Virus record (IMG/VR): IMGVR_UViG_3300023296_001674
Strand: one strand, 5' to 3'
Length of the DNA: 64,000 bases
DNA from: a virus
Shown here: piece after piece, positions 1 through 10,663 of the stretch
Numbering within the stretch: position 1 is the first letter of the stretch
Layout: every line of letters starts with the position of its first letter
Position numbers and translations under genes: made by a program
The notes under the pieces: generated by a model
What the model was told of the DNA's origin: nothing
The model's database searches: none
What the model saw: the letters and a program-made list of their open reading frames with translations, nothing else

Positions 1-2074
1 CTTAACACAATGGGTACATAATGTTCCATTGTTATTAGATTTAGATGTTCCAGCAATAGATAGTTCAATTGTAGATGCACAAGGTGATGATGGTAATTTT
101 GCTATCGATATCGGCAATAGTGCTCTTGGATTATTAGAAAAAATCGCCGGAACGTGGTATCGTGTAGGCTCTGCTGATTGGATAACTGCTAAAGGTTCAA
201 CCAGCCTTGTTGGCGGCGGCTCGGGTCCAGCAACCGTGACTTATACCCCACATACTGGTGGTGTTGGTAATATATTGCCAGTATTTAACGATCAGGCTGT
301 ATGGGTTAAAACAACTACACCAAATTTGGGCGTTGATTATAAAGTTAAATTATATAATTCAACAACACAACTTTTTACTGAAATATTTGCACCATTATAT
401 GCATCTGAAACAGATGCAGAAACATTCTATGGAACTAATTTAGTGGCTGGTAGTTTATTTGTAGACTATGATCCAACTAATTCAACACATGACATTAAAC
501 GTTATGATGGAACCAATTGGGTTTCATTGGTATATGAAGCTAATTTAGTAGTTCCAACAACCGAAGCAGTAGAAGGTGTGCTATGGTATAATACAGAATT
601 CCAAGTTGATATTATGACGAGTGATGGTAGCAATTGGTTGGGTTATGTTAATAGATATCCAAGTACCGATCCAAACGGTGTTATTCTTTCAGGAACTGCA
701 CCAGTATTTCAATCCGATGGAACTGCGTTGGTTGATAATGATTTATGGATCGATACCACAGATGTAGAAGAATATCCAAAAATTTATCGTTGGTTTGTTT
801 CTACATCAGAATGGGTATTGGTTGACAATGCGGATCAAACTACAGATCAAGGTATAATTTTTGGCGATGCAAGAGAAATTGGCGGTCCAGCAGGCACAGA
901 CTCTGTTCCAGGTTTGTCTAGTAACTTAATTGACGGTGATGCACCAGAGCCATTGTTGTATCCAGCAGGAATGCTATTGTTCAATATGAGATTTAGTTCA
1001 TTGAATGTTAAAAAATGGGTTAACAATCACACAGATGATGCCGTGTTGGTTGGTGGTGCAGGAACAAGTAATACTGCAACTAGTGACAGATGGGTAACAG
1101 AAAGTGGTCTTAAGACTGACGGATCACCATATATGGGACGTAAAGCACAACGTGCAGTAATCGTTCAATCTATGCAATCTGTATTTGCTTCAAATGAAGA
1201 TATTCGTTCTGAATTTATATTCTTTAACTTAATGGCATGCCCTGCATATCCTGACGTTATTGATGAAATGATTACATTGAATGTCGATAACAAAGAAATC
1301 GCATTTATTGTTGGTGATACACCATCAAGACTTGCGCCGGATGGTAGTAGCATACAAAACTACGCAACTGGAGCATCTGGCAATCCAGTTAATGGTGAAG
1401 ATGGAAGAACTGCGGGTGTATCTAGTGCATATGTTGCACAATGGTATCCATGGGGCTTAAGCACCAATATAGATGGTTCTGAAGTTATGATTCCACCAAG
1501 CACAATGGCTCTTAGAACATTGGCTTTCAATGATCAGGTTGCTTTCCCATGGTTTGCACCAGCGGGTTATCAGCGCGGTTTGGTTTCTAATGCACAAAGT
1601 GTTGGATATTTGAATACTGAAGGTGAGTTCCAGCAGGTTATATTAAATCAAGGTCAGCGCGATGTTCTATATCTTAACAATATTAACCCTATTTCGGCTA
1701 GACCGAATCGTGGATTGGTTATGTTCGGACAAAAAACATTAAATCCATTGGATAGCGCATTAGATCGTATTAACGTAGCACGATTAATGAACTATGTTAG
1801 ATACAATCTTAACGAATTGGTTCAACCATACTTGTTTGAACCTAATGATCAACAAACACGTGATGCAGTTCGTATTACAGTTGAGCGTTTCTTAGGTGAT
1901 TTGATGGGCAAGCGTGCATTATTTGACTTTGGTGTAAGAGTTGATGAGACTAATAACACACCATTGCGTATTGATCGTAACGAATTATGGATTGATGTTG
2001 CACTTAAACCGATTAAAGCAATCGAATTTATATATATACCTATTCGTATATTGAATACAGGCGATGATATATAA
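1..2074 (+). CDS. Contractile tail sheath protein (gp18-like), 5'-truncated by the window edge
   Basis: C-terminal sheath motifs PWFAPAGYQRG, RDVLYLNNINPI, FGQKTL, ALDRINVARL, FEPND, DETNNTP, KPIKAIEFIYI; frame is open back to position 2. Confidence 0.95.
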   Translation, partial: LTQWVHNVPLLLDLDVPAIDSSIVDAQGDDGNFAIDIGNSALGLLEKIAGTWYRVGSADWITAKGSTSLVGGGSGPATVTYTPHTGGVGNILPVFNDQAVWVKTTTPNLGVDYKVKLYNSTTQLFTEIFAPLYASETDAETFYGTNLVAGSLFVDYDPTNSTHDIKRYDGTNWVSLVYEANLVVPTTEAVEGVLWYNTEFQVDIMTSDGSNWLGYVNRYPSTDPNGVILSGTAPVFQSDGTALVDNDLWIDTTDVEEYPKIYRWFVSTSEWVLVDNADQTTDQGIIFGDAREIGGPAGTDSVPGLSSNLIDGDAPEPLLYPAGMLLFNMRFSSLNVKKWVNNHTDDAVLVGGAGTSNTATSDRWVTESGLKTDGSPYMGRKAQRAVIVQSMQSVFASNEDIRSEFIFFNLMACPAYPDVIDEMITLNVDNKEIAFIVGDTPSRLAPDGSSIQNYATGASGNPVNGEDGRTAGVSSAYVAQWYPWGLSTNIDGSEVMIPPSTMALRTLAFNDQVAFPWFAPAGYQRGLVSNAQSVGYLNTEGEFQQVILNQGQRDVLYLNNINPISARPNRGLVMFGQKTLNPLDSALDRINVARLMNYVRYNLNELVQPYLFEPNDQQTRDAVRITVERFLGDLMGKRALFDFGVRVDETNNTPLRIDRNELWIDVALKPIKAIEFIYIPIRILNTGDDI

Positions 2075-2101
2075 TATATAATATATAATAAAATAACCAA
2101 T

Positions 2102-2137
2102 AAAAAACCCATTCCTTTTGTTAGGAATGGGTTTTTT
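2102..2137 (+). terminator. Intrinsic terminator after sheath gene
   Basis: CCCATTCCT/AGGAATGGG stem followed by a T run, with an A run upstream. Confidence 0.8.
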
Positions 2138-2170
2138 ATATAGGGTGTTAACGGTTTTTTAAAAAAAACA

Positions 2171-2177
2171 ATAAATA
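2171..2177 (+). promoter_or_regulatory. T4-type late promoter-like motif (A/C)TAAATA; similar copies precede many genes (about 4342, 8506, 13247, 18665, 27420, 30184, 33740, 38833, 39820, 41589, 46237, 50120, 52390, 62753)
   Basis: Recurrent ATAAATA/CTAAATA in short intergenic gaps shortly before start codons; resembles the T4 gp55 consensus TATAAATA, but the sequence is AT-rich. Confidence 0.65.
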
Positions 2178-2213
2178 TTAGTATAAAAACATTATATTTG
2201 AGGATAATATATT

Positions 2214-2831
2214 ATGGCTACTTTAGATAAATTTGGCGTTCCGCTACAAACAGGTGATAGCACCCGTGGTGGCATATTACAGCCTAAATTAAAATACCGA
2301 TTCCGTGTGTTGACCCAAAATTTCGGTCCAACCAATGAGCAATCGAATTTAACACGACAAGTTATGAATGTAACAAAGCCCAAAATCAGTTTTGAAGAAG
2401 TTATGCTTGATAGTTATATGTCAAAAGCGTGGGTTGCTGGTAAACATACGTGGGAAATGGTTACATTAGTTGTTCGTGATGATATTTCCAACAGTGTTAG
2501 TAAACTTGTTGGGCATCAAATGCAAAAACAAGTTAATCACTTCGAACAAACAGCCCCTGCTGCCGGTGTTAATTATAAATTCACTATGAATATTCAAACT
2601 CTTGACGGCGGAAATGATGTTGTTCAAGAAGATTGGACTTTGGAAGGATGTTGGTTACAAAACGTTGATTACGATTCGCTTGATTATGCTGCTGGTGCAG
2701 ACGTTCAAATGATCACAATGCAAGTTAGATTTGATAATGCTACAATGCTTGATGCATTTGTTGAAACTGGCATCAACTTCACATCTGGTGCTGCTGCTCC
2801 TGGCGCTGCTGCTGGAAATGGTTCGGGTTAA
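2214..2831 (+). CDS. Tail tube protein (gp19-like)
   Basis: Follows sheath; QPKLKYRFRV, AGKHTWE, EDWTLEGCW, YDSLDY, ITMQVRFDNA tube-like motifs. Confidence 0.85.
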   Translation: MATLDKFGVPLQTGDSTRGGILQPKLKYRFRVLTQNFGPTNEQSNLTRQVMNVTKPKISFEEVMLDSYMSKAWVAGKHTWEMVTLVVRDDISNSVSKLVGHQMQKQVNHFEQTAPAAGVNYKFTMNIQTLDGGNDVVQEDWTLEGCWLQNVDYDSLDYAAGADVQMITMQVRFDNATMLDAFVETGINFTSGAAAPGAAAGNGSG

Positions 2832-2837
2832 TAGAAT

Positions 2838-3662
2838 ATGGCACGTGGTGGTGATTTAACAGACAAATTTGGAAGGCGGTTATTATTTAGAGAGAGCCAA
2901 TATGGTGCTCAAAACTTTAAAATATCTGATTCGAATGCTCCTGGATTCACCCGAACTGCATTAATACCAAAACCAAAATTTTTATTCTTTGCACGATTTA
3001 GGATATCAAAAACCGCACTTGATGCAGCCGCACAACTTGGCGACAAAAGTGCATTTGATAATATCAAAAATGATGTCATATTTCAAATTAAACAGATCGA
3101 TAAACCAAAGTTTAATATACAATCTGAAACGTTAAATCAATATAATAAGAAACGTGTAGTGCAGACGGGTATAGATTATAATCCGATGACTATTAATTTT
3201 CATGACGATGTTGGTGATAAAGTAATGAGATTTTGGAATGATTATTTTAAATACTATTATGGCGACGGTGGTAGAGAATCAACGTTAGATTGGCGCAATG
3301 ATATGGTCACCCGCGATTTTGTAAACGGACAACAGAATGAAAATGGATGGGGTTATCGTGGAAATTTTGCTGGTGGATCGGTTAATATGCATTTAATTGA
3401 ATCTATTGAGTTAATACAGTTTTACGGACAAGAATTTACATCTATGCAATTTGTTAGACCTATTATAACGATATTCGATCACGATAACAATGATTATGCT
3501 GAAGGTCGCGTAGGAACTGGTATTCGTATATCATTTGATTATGAGGGTGTTATATATAATTTAGACCCAACTAATGTAGAAGGACATGAAGATGAATTTG
3601 ACTTCCTTTCAGATTATTATGATCCACAAGGAAGAACAAGAATTGATGTTGGTGGTACGTAA
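2838..3662 (+). CDS. Tube-fold baseplate/tail-tube initiator protein (gp48/gp54-like)
   Basis: IDKPKF...NQYNKKRVVQTGIDYNPMTINFHDD and ISFDYE resemble the tube fold; gene position. Confidence 0.55.
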   Translation: MARGGDLTDKFGRRLLFRESQYGAQNFKISDSNAPGFTRTALIPKPKFLFFARFRISKTALDAAAQLGDKSAFDNIKNDVIFQIKQIDKPKFNIQSETLNQYNKKRVVQTGIDYNPMTINFHDDVGDKVMRFWNDYFKYYYGDGGRESTLDWRNDMVTRDFVNGQQNENGWGYRGNFAGGSVNMHLIESIELIQFYGQEFTSMQFVRPIITIFDHDNNDYAEGRVGTGIRISFDYEGVIYNLDPTNVEGHEDEFDFLSDYYDPQGRTRIDVGGT

Positions 3663-3664
3663 TT

Positions 3665-4330
3665 ATGGTAACATTTAAAGAACAAACAAAAGTGACAACT
3701 GGTGGTAAAGTTATTTCTGATAATATAGTGTTAGGAGTACAGTCTTCTACTGACGCTAGTAGTTTATCAAATTTAACTATTGCAAGCGGTAGCACTCCTT
3801 CTACTGACGCGATAGAAAAGGAAACTGGTGTTAAAAATACAATTAATAATTTTGGACGGCCTATAAGTCGAACAACATTTAGTGTATTAACAGGTGAAAC
3901 ATTACCGCGTAATACTGGTATAGATTCATTAAAAATAGATAGTGCAGCTTCGGTATTGAATACAAGCGTTGTTTCTACTGAACAAGTTGTATCACCGGGT
4001 GTAACTACTATAACCAATAGTAGCGCATCATCTGAATTCAGTCGATCATTGGGTTCTGCATCGGCACTAGCAATACGAGAAGGTTTTGTGGATGGTGTTG
4101 CGGTATTTGTTGATTCGATAGAAACTGATAGTATATATGCAAATACCATCGTTAATAAACTTCCTAACAGCACATATAGACTTACAGGAAAGGGCGCTAC
4201 CGTTATGAATTCAATGAGATCACCCAATAGTGCACTAGGTGTTCGAAATAATGTAAAGTTGCCATGGGAAAATCCTGAAACTTTAAACAATAATAAAAGA
4301 ATGTTAGACGCAGAAACTGGTTCATCGTAA
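3665..4330 (+). CDS. Hypothetical Ser/Thr-rich protein, probably structural
   Basis: 221-aa ORF tightly packed in the tail operon. Confidence 0.55.
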   Translation: MVTFKEQTKVTTGGKVISDNIVLGVQSSTDASSLSNLTIASGSTPSTDAIEKETGVKNTINNFGRPISRTTFSVLTGETLPRNTGIDSLKIDSAASVLNTSVVSTEQVVSPGVTTITNSSASSEFSRSLGSASALAIREGFVDGVAVFVDSIETDSIYANTIVNKLPNSTYRLTGKGATVMNSMRSPNSALGVRNNVKLPWENPETLNNNKRMLDAETGSS

Positions 4331-4354
4331 TAATATCTATAATAAATAGTTATT

Positions 4355-4822
4355 ATGGCTAAACGTGATAAATGGGCTAAGGGGGAGTTTACCCCAAAAA
4401 ATCCTGAAAAATATATTGGCACCTATCCTATAATATACCGAAGCTCATGGGAAAATGTGCTAATGCAAAAGTGCGACACCCATCCAAACATCCAACAATG
4501 GGCAAGTGAAAGTATTAGAATACCATATTTCAATCCATTTTCACAAAAATCGACAATATATATACCTGATTTTTTATTAAATTATGTGGATAGAAATGGA
4601 AATACCATTGTAGAAATAATAGAAATAAAACCATTAAAACAATCTATTGATGAGAAAGCAACGTCGCGTGACAGTAAAGCGGCTCTAGCGTTAAATAAAA
4701 TAAAATGGCACGCCGCAATGGCATGGGCTAAAAAAAATGGCATGAGGTTTCGTGTAATGAACGAAACTGACATGTTTACACAAAAACCAGCCAGCAAACC
4801 AAGAAAAAGGAAAATTAAATGA
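4355..4822 (+). CDS. Head completion nuclease (T4 gp4-like, TnsA-type PD-(D/E)XK)
   Basis: FTPKNPEKY, YRSSWE, WASE, YIPDF, IEIKP, NKIKWHAA motifs. Confidence 0.9.
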   Translation: MAKRDKWAKGEFTPKNPEKYIGTYPIIYRSSWENVLMQKCDTHPNIQQWASESIRIPYFNPFSQKSTIYIPDFLLNYVDRNGNTIVEIIEIKPLKQSIDEKATSRDSKAALALNKIKWHAAMAWAKKNGMRFRVMNETDMFTQKPASKPRKRKIK

Positions 4823-5271
4823 CAGAACATATAGATGATTTTTTGGATATACCGCATATAGATGAAATAAAAGAAGACGCACCAAAAGAAGTAACATTAC
4901 CGCAAAATAATACTTCTATTATGCATGTTGATAGCGAACATTCTAATGAAACCGAGGATATTAGAAAAAAAGCATTAGCATTACAAGAAGAAATAGCAGA
5001 TGTAGCACGTAATACAGAGCCTAGTAGAAGTGCGAGAATGTTTGAAGTATCAGGACAACACTTAACATTGGCACTTAAGGCATCTGATTCAAAAGAAAAA
5101 AGGAAATTAGAGGCAGCTAAACTTAAATTAGATGCAGCTAGATTGAAAGTGGATGACGATACCGTTAATAGTCTTAACAGCGGCGCTGAAGTTATCGCTG
5201 ATCGCAATGCATTGATAAAACAAATGATGTCAGAAGATGAAGTTGTAGATGTAGACTCAGTAGATGAATAA
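4819..5271 (+). CDS. Putative terminase small subunit (gp16-like)
   Basis: Helical; SARMFEV and IADRNALIKQM echo the gp16 PR..EV and GSxxELxx motifs; near packaging genes. Confidence 0.45.
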   Translation: MTEHIDDFLDIPHIDEIKEDAPKEVTLPQNNTSIMHVDSEHSNETEDIRKKALALQEEIADVARNTEPSRSARMFEVSGQHLTLALKASDSKEKRKLEAAKLKLDAARLKVDDDTVNSLNSGAEVIADRNALIKQMMSEDEVVDVDSVDE

Positions 5272-5343
5272 TTATCAGTTTAAAAACATATATTAGTTTA
5301 GTTTTTAGTGTTGTATAATAGTCAATAAAAAGGAATTAATTTA

Positions 5344-7176
5344 ATGAATAATGTCGTAGAAATGGTAAAAATACCAAAAAAGAAAGATGACACGCCAAAA
5401 ACCGATATAGTATCATTGGTTGTTTGTCCATCATGGGGTGTTTATTTTCCTCCTTATAATATATCACGTATTTCTGCGGTGTTAAGACAGGATGGATATA
5501 ATGTATTTGTTCATGATGTTAATGTTGATACCCGTGAATATCTTATGTCTTGCACAGATGTAGATTATTGGTCGGGTGAAAAATATTTTCATTGGCATGT
5601 TCGTCATTTTAATGAAGTTATATTTCCATTAATACAAGATTTTATTGATGATAAAATTGAAGAAATATTAATTAATAAGCCCGACATAGTTGGTTTTAGT
5701 TTATATACAACTAATATTGCATGCAGTTTTTATATGATGAAAAAAATGAAGGAAATAAATCCAAACTTAACAATTGTATGTGGTGGTCCAGAGTGTTTTT
5801 TAGAATTTAAACCAGAGAAATTTATAGATTATGTAGTCGTCGGTGAAGGCGAAGATAAAATACTTGATATAATGGAATCGTATAAAAAAGAAGAAATACA
5901 TAAAACTGATGAGACAAAAATTGTTGGCAAATTGCGAACAAAATTAGATATAAACAGAATTCCATCACCAGATTATAGCGACTTCAATTTCGATTTATAT
6001 ACCGAACGTAACGGTGTGTCTATCGAGACTTCGCGTGGTTGTATAGCAAAATGCACATTTTGTACGGAAACGTGGTTTTGGAAATATAGATGGCGCTCCT
6101 CTGATTCAATTATTGCGGAAATGGAAGAACAAATAGAGAAGTATGGTATATCACATTTTTGGTTCATTGATAGTTTAATAAACGGCAATTTAAAAGAATT
6201 TGGATTATTAGTTGATGGTATCATATCTAATGAATTAAATATTGAATGGAATGGGTATGCGAGATGCGATGCACGAATGGACCTTGATTTTCTAAAAAAA
6301 GTAAGAAAGGCTGGATGCACTTGTTTATCATTTGGCATTGAAAGTGGGTCTATGAAAGTATTGGGTGATATGGAAAAAAAGATTAAATTGCCTGTAATTG
6401 AACAAAATTTAAAAGATGGGTATTTGGCGCGTATTGCAAATCATACTAATTGGGTTTTGGGCTTCCCAACAGAAGGAAAATTGGAATATTATCATACATT
6501 GGTGTTGGTATATAATTGTCGTGAGTGGATACATGCTATATCACCAGGAATGGGTTGTGGAATATCACCCAACACGCCATTATATGATAGAAGAGAAGAT
6601 TTTGGTATATTGCCAGAATATGATACATTTTTAGATTCGTGGTATACAAGTGAATACAAAAATACAAAATTACATAGATTTTTACGAGTTAGATTATTCC
6701 ATATATGGTTGATGATTATAGAGAATAACACAGATGCCTCGATGATAAATGGGCAACTACATCCTTATTTGGTAGATCAATTTAAAATTAACATTAAGAA
6801 TGAAAAAAGTGACGTTGAACGAATGGAACCATTGCCAGATATAGATTTATATCATATATCAGATGGTGATTCATTTTCAAGTGATGTAGCAAATGAATAT
6901 TTTCCATTTTTATGGTCTATATATAAAGCATTTGGTGCGTTTGATTTAGAATTAGCGTTTGATGCTGAAAAAGACAACGCAGAATTTGGTGATGTCATAG
7001 GATGTCAATATAATTCTACTTTATCATTTGCGGTTGATGATGACGGAAAATTTAAATATAATATAATTCATCGATTTAATCATATTCCAATACATGAAAT
7101 GATGATAGACGGTTTACAAAAAAATATGTCGTTTGATGCGTCATATAACGGTGAAGGCGATTTTAATGATTTCTAG
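5344..7176 (+). CDS. Cobalamin-binding radical SAM protein
   Basis: N-terminal B12-binding domain (PDIVGFSLY, IVCGGPE, VVGEGE) and SRGCIAKCTFC CxxxCxxC motif, FGIESGS. Confidence 0.9.
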   Translation: MNNVVEMVKIPKKKDDTPKTDIVSLVVCPSWGVYFPPYNISRISAVLRQDGYNVFVHDVNVDTREYLMSCTDVDYWSGEKYFHWHVRHFNEVIFPLIQDFIDDKIEEILINKPDIVGFSLYTTNIACSFYMMKKMKEINPNLTIVCGGPECFLEFKPEKFIDYVVVGEGEDKILDIMESYKKEEIHKTDETKIVGKLRTKLDINRIPSPDYSDFNFDLYTERNGVSIETSRGCIAKCTFCTETWFWKYRWRSSDSIIAEMEEQIEKYGISHFWFIDSLINGNLKEFGLLVDGIISNELNIEWNGYARCDARMDLDFLKKVRKAGCTCLSFGIESGSMKVLGDMEKKIKLPVIEQNLKDGYLARIANHTNWVLGFPTEGKLEYYHTLVLVYNCREWIHAISPGMGCGISPNTPLYDRREDFGILPEYDTFLDSWYTSEYKNTKLHRFLRVRLFHIWLMIIENNTDASMINGQLHPYLVDQFKINIKNEKSDVERMEPLPDIDLYHISDGDSFSSDVANEYFPFLWSIYKAFGAFDLELAFDAEKDNAEFGDVIGCQYNSTLSFAVDDDGKFKYNIIHRFNHIPIHEMMIDGLQKNMSFDASYNGEGDFNDF

Positions 7177-8479
7177 AAAATATATACCAAAAAATAAATC
7201 CATGTGTTTAGACCCTTTTACGTCATTATTTATGGGAGCAATGGGTGAAAATAGATTGTGTTGTGTTAGTTTAAATCCCATAACAGGTGATGAAAAAGGT
7301 CAACATCCACAAAAAATATATCCTAAAGATATTCATAATGATATTTGGACTAGTGATTATTTTAAAGATATTAGACAGAAAATGATTAATGGTGAAAAAA
7401 TAGAAGAATGTCAGAGATGTTACGATATAGAAGAAGCTGGTGGAAGTTCTAAGAGAATGTTTAGTAATGAATCTATTTGTACTTTAGATAAAGATTTTTC
7501 CATTAATGTTGATACAGGAAATAATAAACACACGCCGGTATTTTTGGATATTCGCCCATCTAATTTATGTAATTTAAAATGTAGAATGTGTTACAGTGAT
7601 TCTAGTTCATTGATTGGTAAAGAAATATCGAATAATGAAGAATTGACTGATATTATGCCATATTTGCAAGATTTTGGAACATCGAATTGGTTTGATAGTG
7701 ATATAATGCAAGAACAATTAAGACAAATTATGCCAAATATTAGAAGAATAAATTTACTTGGTGGCGAAACGTCTATTATTAAAAATGTTCATAAATTATT
7801 GAAGTGGTGCATTGATGAAGGATATAACGATCAGCTTATAATAGACATTGCTACTAATATGACTAACACCAATGATGATTTTTTCAATTTATTGAAGCAA
7901 TTTAAGTGTGTGAATCTTTATATAAGCATTGATGGCGTCGATGTTGTTACAGAATATATTAGATTTCCAAGTAAATGGAGTATAATAGAACGAAATATCA
8001 ATCGATGTTTAACTATGGATATCCCAGATGGAAATATATTGAATATACATACTTTATGTACTGCTAATATATATAATATTTTATATTTACATGATGTAAT
8101 ATCGTGGATTTATACTGTGCCTGATCCGTTGGATAGGTTTTGCGGTCTTGATCATAATGCGCGAATATTTTTTAACATTGTATATCATCCAGAACATCAA
8201 TGTATAAATTTATTACCGATAGAACGTCGTCAAGAAGTGATACAAAAACTATTGGAAATCGCCGAAGGTGTTGGTTTTGATGAACATTTAATCAAACGTT
8301 CAAGTTTATCAGTCGTTATTAATGAATTGAACGATCAGAATGTGGCAACTGATGAAAATCATGATCTTTTTATAAAAAGCACCAAAGTATATGATCGAAT
8401 TAGAAAACAGTCGATAGAAACCACCTTGCCGGAACTATATGATATATTTAAAGAAGATTTTGAAAAATCTGAAAAATAA
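7166..8479 (+). CDS. Radical SAM protein with N-terminal twitch/SPASM-like Cys domain
   Basis: N-terminal C..PF, RLCC, ECQRCY..E; CNLKCRMC; LLGGET; ISIDG. ATG at 7166 overlapping the upstream gene preferred as start. Confidence 0.88.
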   Translation: MISRKYIPKNKSMCLDPFTSLFMGAMGENRLCCVSLNPITGDEKGQHPQKIYPKDIHNDIWTSDYFKDIRQKMINGEKIEECQRCYDIEEAGGSSKRMFSNESICTLDKDFSINVDTGNNKHTPVFLDIRPSNLCNLKCRMCYSDSSSLIGKEISNNEELTDIMPYLQDFGTSNWFDSDIMQEQLRQIMPNIRRINLLGGETSIIKNVHKLLKWCIDEGYNDQLIIDIATNMTNTNDDFFNLLKQFKCVNLYISIDGVDVVTEYIRFPSKWSIIERNINRCLTMDIPDGNILNIHTLCTANIYNILYLHDVISWIYTVPDPLDRFCGLDHNARIFFNIVYHPEHQCINLLPIERRQEVIQKLLEIAEGVGFDEHLIKRSSLSVVINELNDQNVATDENHDLFIKSTKVYDRIRKQSIETTLPELYDIFKEDFEKSEK

Positions 8480-8548
8480 AAATGATATTAAACGGCGTTT
8501 TATTATAAATATAAATAGTATAACAACATAAATATATGGATTTAAAAT

Positions 8549-9391
8549 ATGGTCGTTCATAAAACATTTAGAGATTACGTACAAGAACAAGAGAACATTT
8601 ATAGCCTTCGTATTAAATCCGTCGTTCCAATGGGTTCCGATGAAGTTGAAATGATAGAGCGCGTTTTACAAAAATACGTATTATTGGATATAACTAATCC
8701 AACAAAAACAATCAGACAACGTCATCCCTTAGAGTTCCAAGATATCAATAATGCAGAGGTATGGATTATTGACATTCGTTGTGGGTTGCCTGTTAGTGCA
8801 TATGTATTAAGACAAGAACTTAAATTGGCTTTAAATATATCAGAGAATTTCATCGTTGTTCGTGGCGAGAATGATCCCCTTGAAATAGAAACACAGCGTC
8901 TTAACGCATTGAATGATATTGACGAAAAGGCTTTAGATAAGCAATTAAGTCCAGCAGCAAGATTAGGCACTAATAGTGAATACGATAAAGATGAGCGCGG
9001 TGATTTAGAAGAGCCTATGTATGGAAATGAATATAATAGCAATTTCTTAGAAACATTGGCTGACATTGCAGCAAAAAGAGAGCGTTATGGCATAGAACCA
9101 GCTTCTACGGAATTAGATGACGGCGATACTGTAATGGATGATGTAGCACCAGAAGATGGTAATGCATTTAATAAAGATATTGAGGATGCACCAAAGATAA
9201 AATCATTAAATTATGCAGAAACGTTGAAAAATATACGCAAAGCAGAAAATACCAATGATTCAAGATTAAGCACTAAAGGCAACTATGACAACGATGAAGT
9301 CAAACAATCAAAGAAATTTGATAAATATGGTAAGACTGATAAAGTTGCTACTGTGACTATAACCAACACCCGTAGCGGTATTCGTAAGTAA
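8549..9391 (+). CDS. Phage protein, likely virion/head
   Basis: 280-aa ORF after late promoter; N-terminal KTFRDYVQE resembles a capsid-targeting sequence. Confidence 0.6.
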   Translation: MVVHKTFRDYVQEQENIYSLRIKSVVPMGSDEVEMIERVLQKYVLLDITNPTKTIRQRHPLEFQDINNAEVWIIDIRCGLPVSAYVLRQELKLALNISENFIVVRGENDPLEIETQRLNALNDIDEKALDKQLSPAARLGTNSEYDKDERGDLEEPMYGNEYNSNFLETLADIAAKRERYGIEPASTELDDGDTVMDDVAPEDGNAFNKDIEDAPKIKSLNYAETLKNIRKAENTNDSRLSTKGNYDNDEVKQSKKFDKYGKTDKVATVTITNTRSGIRK

Positions 9392-9405
9392 AGGAACTAT
9401 ATAAT

Positions 9406-10650
9406 ATGAGTAATAGTAATGATATGAGAAATCTTATGAATGTGATATCGGAAGATGGTCCATTAGCTCCTGGCGCATTTACTGATCCAATGAACGCGAT
9501 GCCTGAACCAACTATGGATGATCCAATGGATGATATTGCATCCTCTGGTCCAGAAACAAAGATCGAAGTTACCATGAAAGATGGTGATGAAGTTGAAGTA
9601 GAAGTTTACGCTAAACAAGGCGAAGAACTAAGCCGCATTATGGATTTGGCTGGCATGCTTCACAAAGAAAAACAAACAGGCGCACTTGGTGCACCTGATA
9701 TGGGCATGGAACCTGATATGGCACCCGACATGGCTGTAGCGCCTGATATGGCACCTGATATGGGCATGGAACCTGATATGGCACCTGACGCGGCTGTAGC
9801 ACCTGATATGGCACCTGATATGAGTATGGAACCAGAAATGTCTCCTACTGATGACGATTTTGATATAAATTATGGCGACGGTGCATCAAATATGGATGGC
9901 GTTGATGATATTGGTGATATTTCACTTGGTATGGACGACTCACCAGAGATGGATTTTGATATTGCTGACGATGTTGGCCCTATTTCTGATCCAAATGATG
10001 ATATGTATGAAGACAATGTTAAAAAGCACGACTTTGGATATCCAAATCCAATGCAAGGTCAAGAAGAATATGAACTTACCGCGTTCAATCATGCTGGTGG
10101 CGCAACCAAACCGGTTCGAATCGTTCCTGCAAACAGTGGCGACAATGCATTAAGTGATACACCAAGAAAAGGTCTTGCTGAATACATCAATGATGTGGGT
10201 AGTTCTAAAAAAAAAGTCTTAGATGAGACATTTAACGACGATGACGTTGAAAATACAGTAGCTGGATTAACTTCTGGTGTTGATGTAGATGATAATACCA
10301 TCGATAAGTTAAAAAAAGTAGCAAAAGATACACAACAAGGAACATCACCAGATGAATTATCTTCTGAAAAAGAAGATGACGTTTTAGATGCCGCGAGTGC
10401 GCAAGGTGTTCAACTCAATCCAAATCAAAAAGCAAAATTACAAAAAAACGTTCAAGATCAACAAAAAGATGATTCTATAAGTGAAACCAACGATGATTTC
10501 AAGTTATCTATGGTTGATGAAGAAGAATTAGCAGAACGTAAAAGACGTTATTCGTTTAGCCATCAAGACTTTGGCAAAGGTATTGTTACAACACCTGATG
10601 CTAAACGTAAAAGATCAGCAAGACGTGGATTATCTATCTACAAAAAGTAA
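9406..10650 (+). CDS. Highly acidic Met/Asp/Pro-rich protein, possibly scaffold/core
   Basis: AGGA RBS; acidic low-complexity sequence; PDM repeats; basic C-terminal tail. Confidence 0.65.
   Translation: MSNSNDMRNLMNVISEDGPLAPGAFTDPMNAMPEPTMDDPMDDIASSGPETKIEVTMKDGDEVEVEVYAKQGEELSRIMDLAGMLHKEKQTGALGAPDMGMEPDMAPDMAVAPDMAPDMGMEPDMAPDAAVAPDMAPDMSMEPEMSPTDDDFDINYGDGASNMDGVDDIGDISLGMDDSPEMDFDIADDVGPISDPNDDMYEDNVKKHDFGYPNPMQGQEEYELTAFNHAGGATKPVRIVPANSGDNALSDTPRKGLAEYINDVGSSKKKVLDETFNDDDVENTVAGLTSGVDVDDNTIDKLKKVAKDTQQGTSPDELSSEKEDDVLDAASAQGVQLNPNQKAKLQKNVQDQQKDDSISETNDDFKLSMVDEEELAERKRRYSFSHQDFGKGIVTTPDAKRKRSARRGLSIYKK
9691..9840 (+). repeat. In-frame tandem repeat (GCACCTGATATG-based) encoding APDM/GMEPDM
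   Basis: Multiple copies of (G)CACCTGATATGG and GGCATGGAACCTGATATG. Confidence 0.9.
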
Positions 10651-10663
10651 AGGATTGAGTAAA

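Noticed and set aside
3571-4422. 283-aa minus-strand ORF and the many other antisense or nested ORFs in the track
   Set aside because: They shadow well-supported genes on the other strand or frame and have no recognisable motifs
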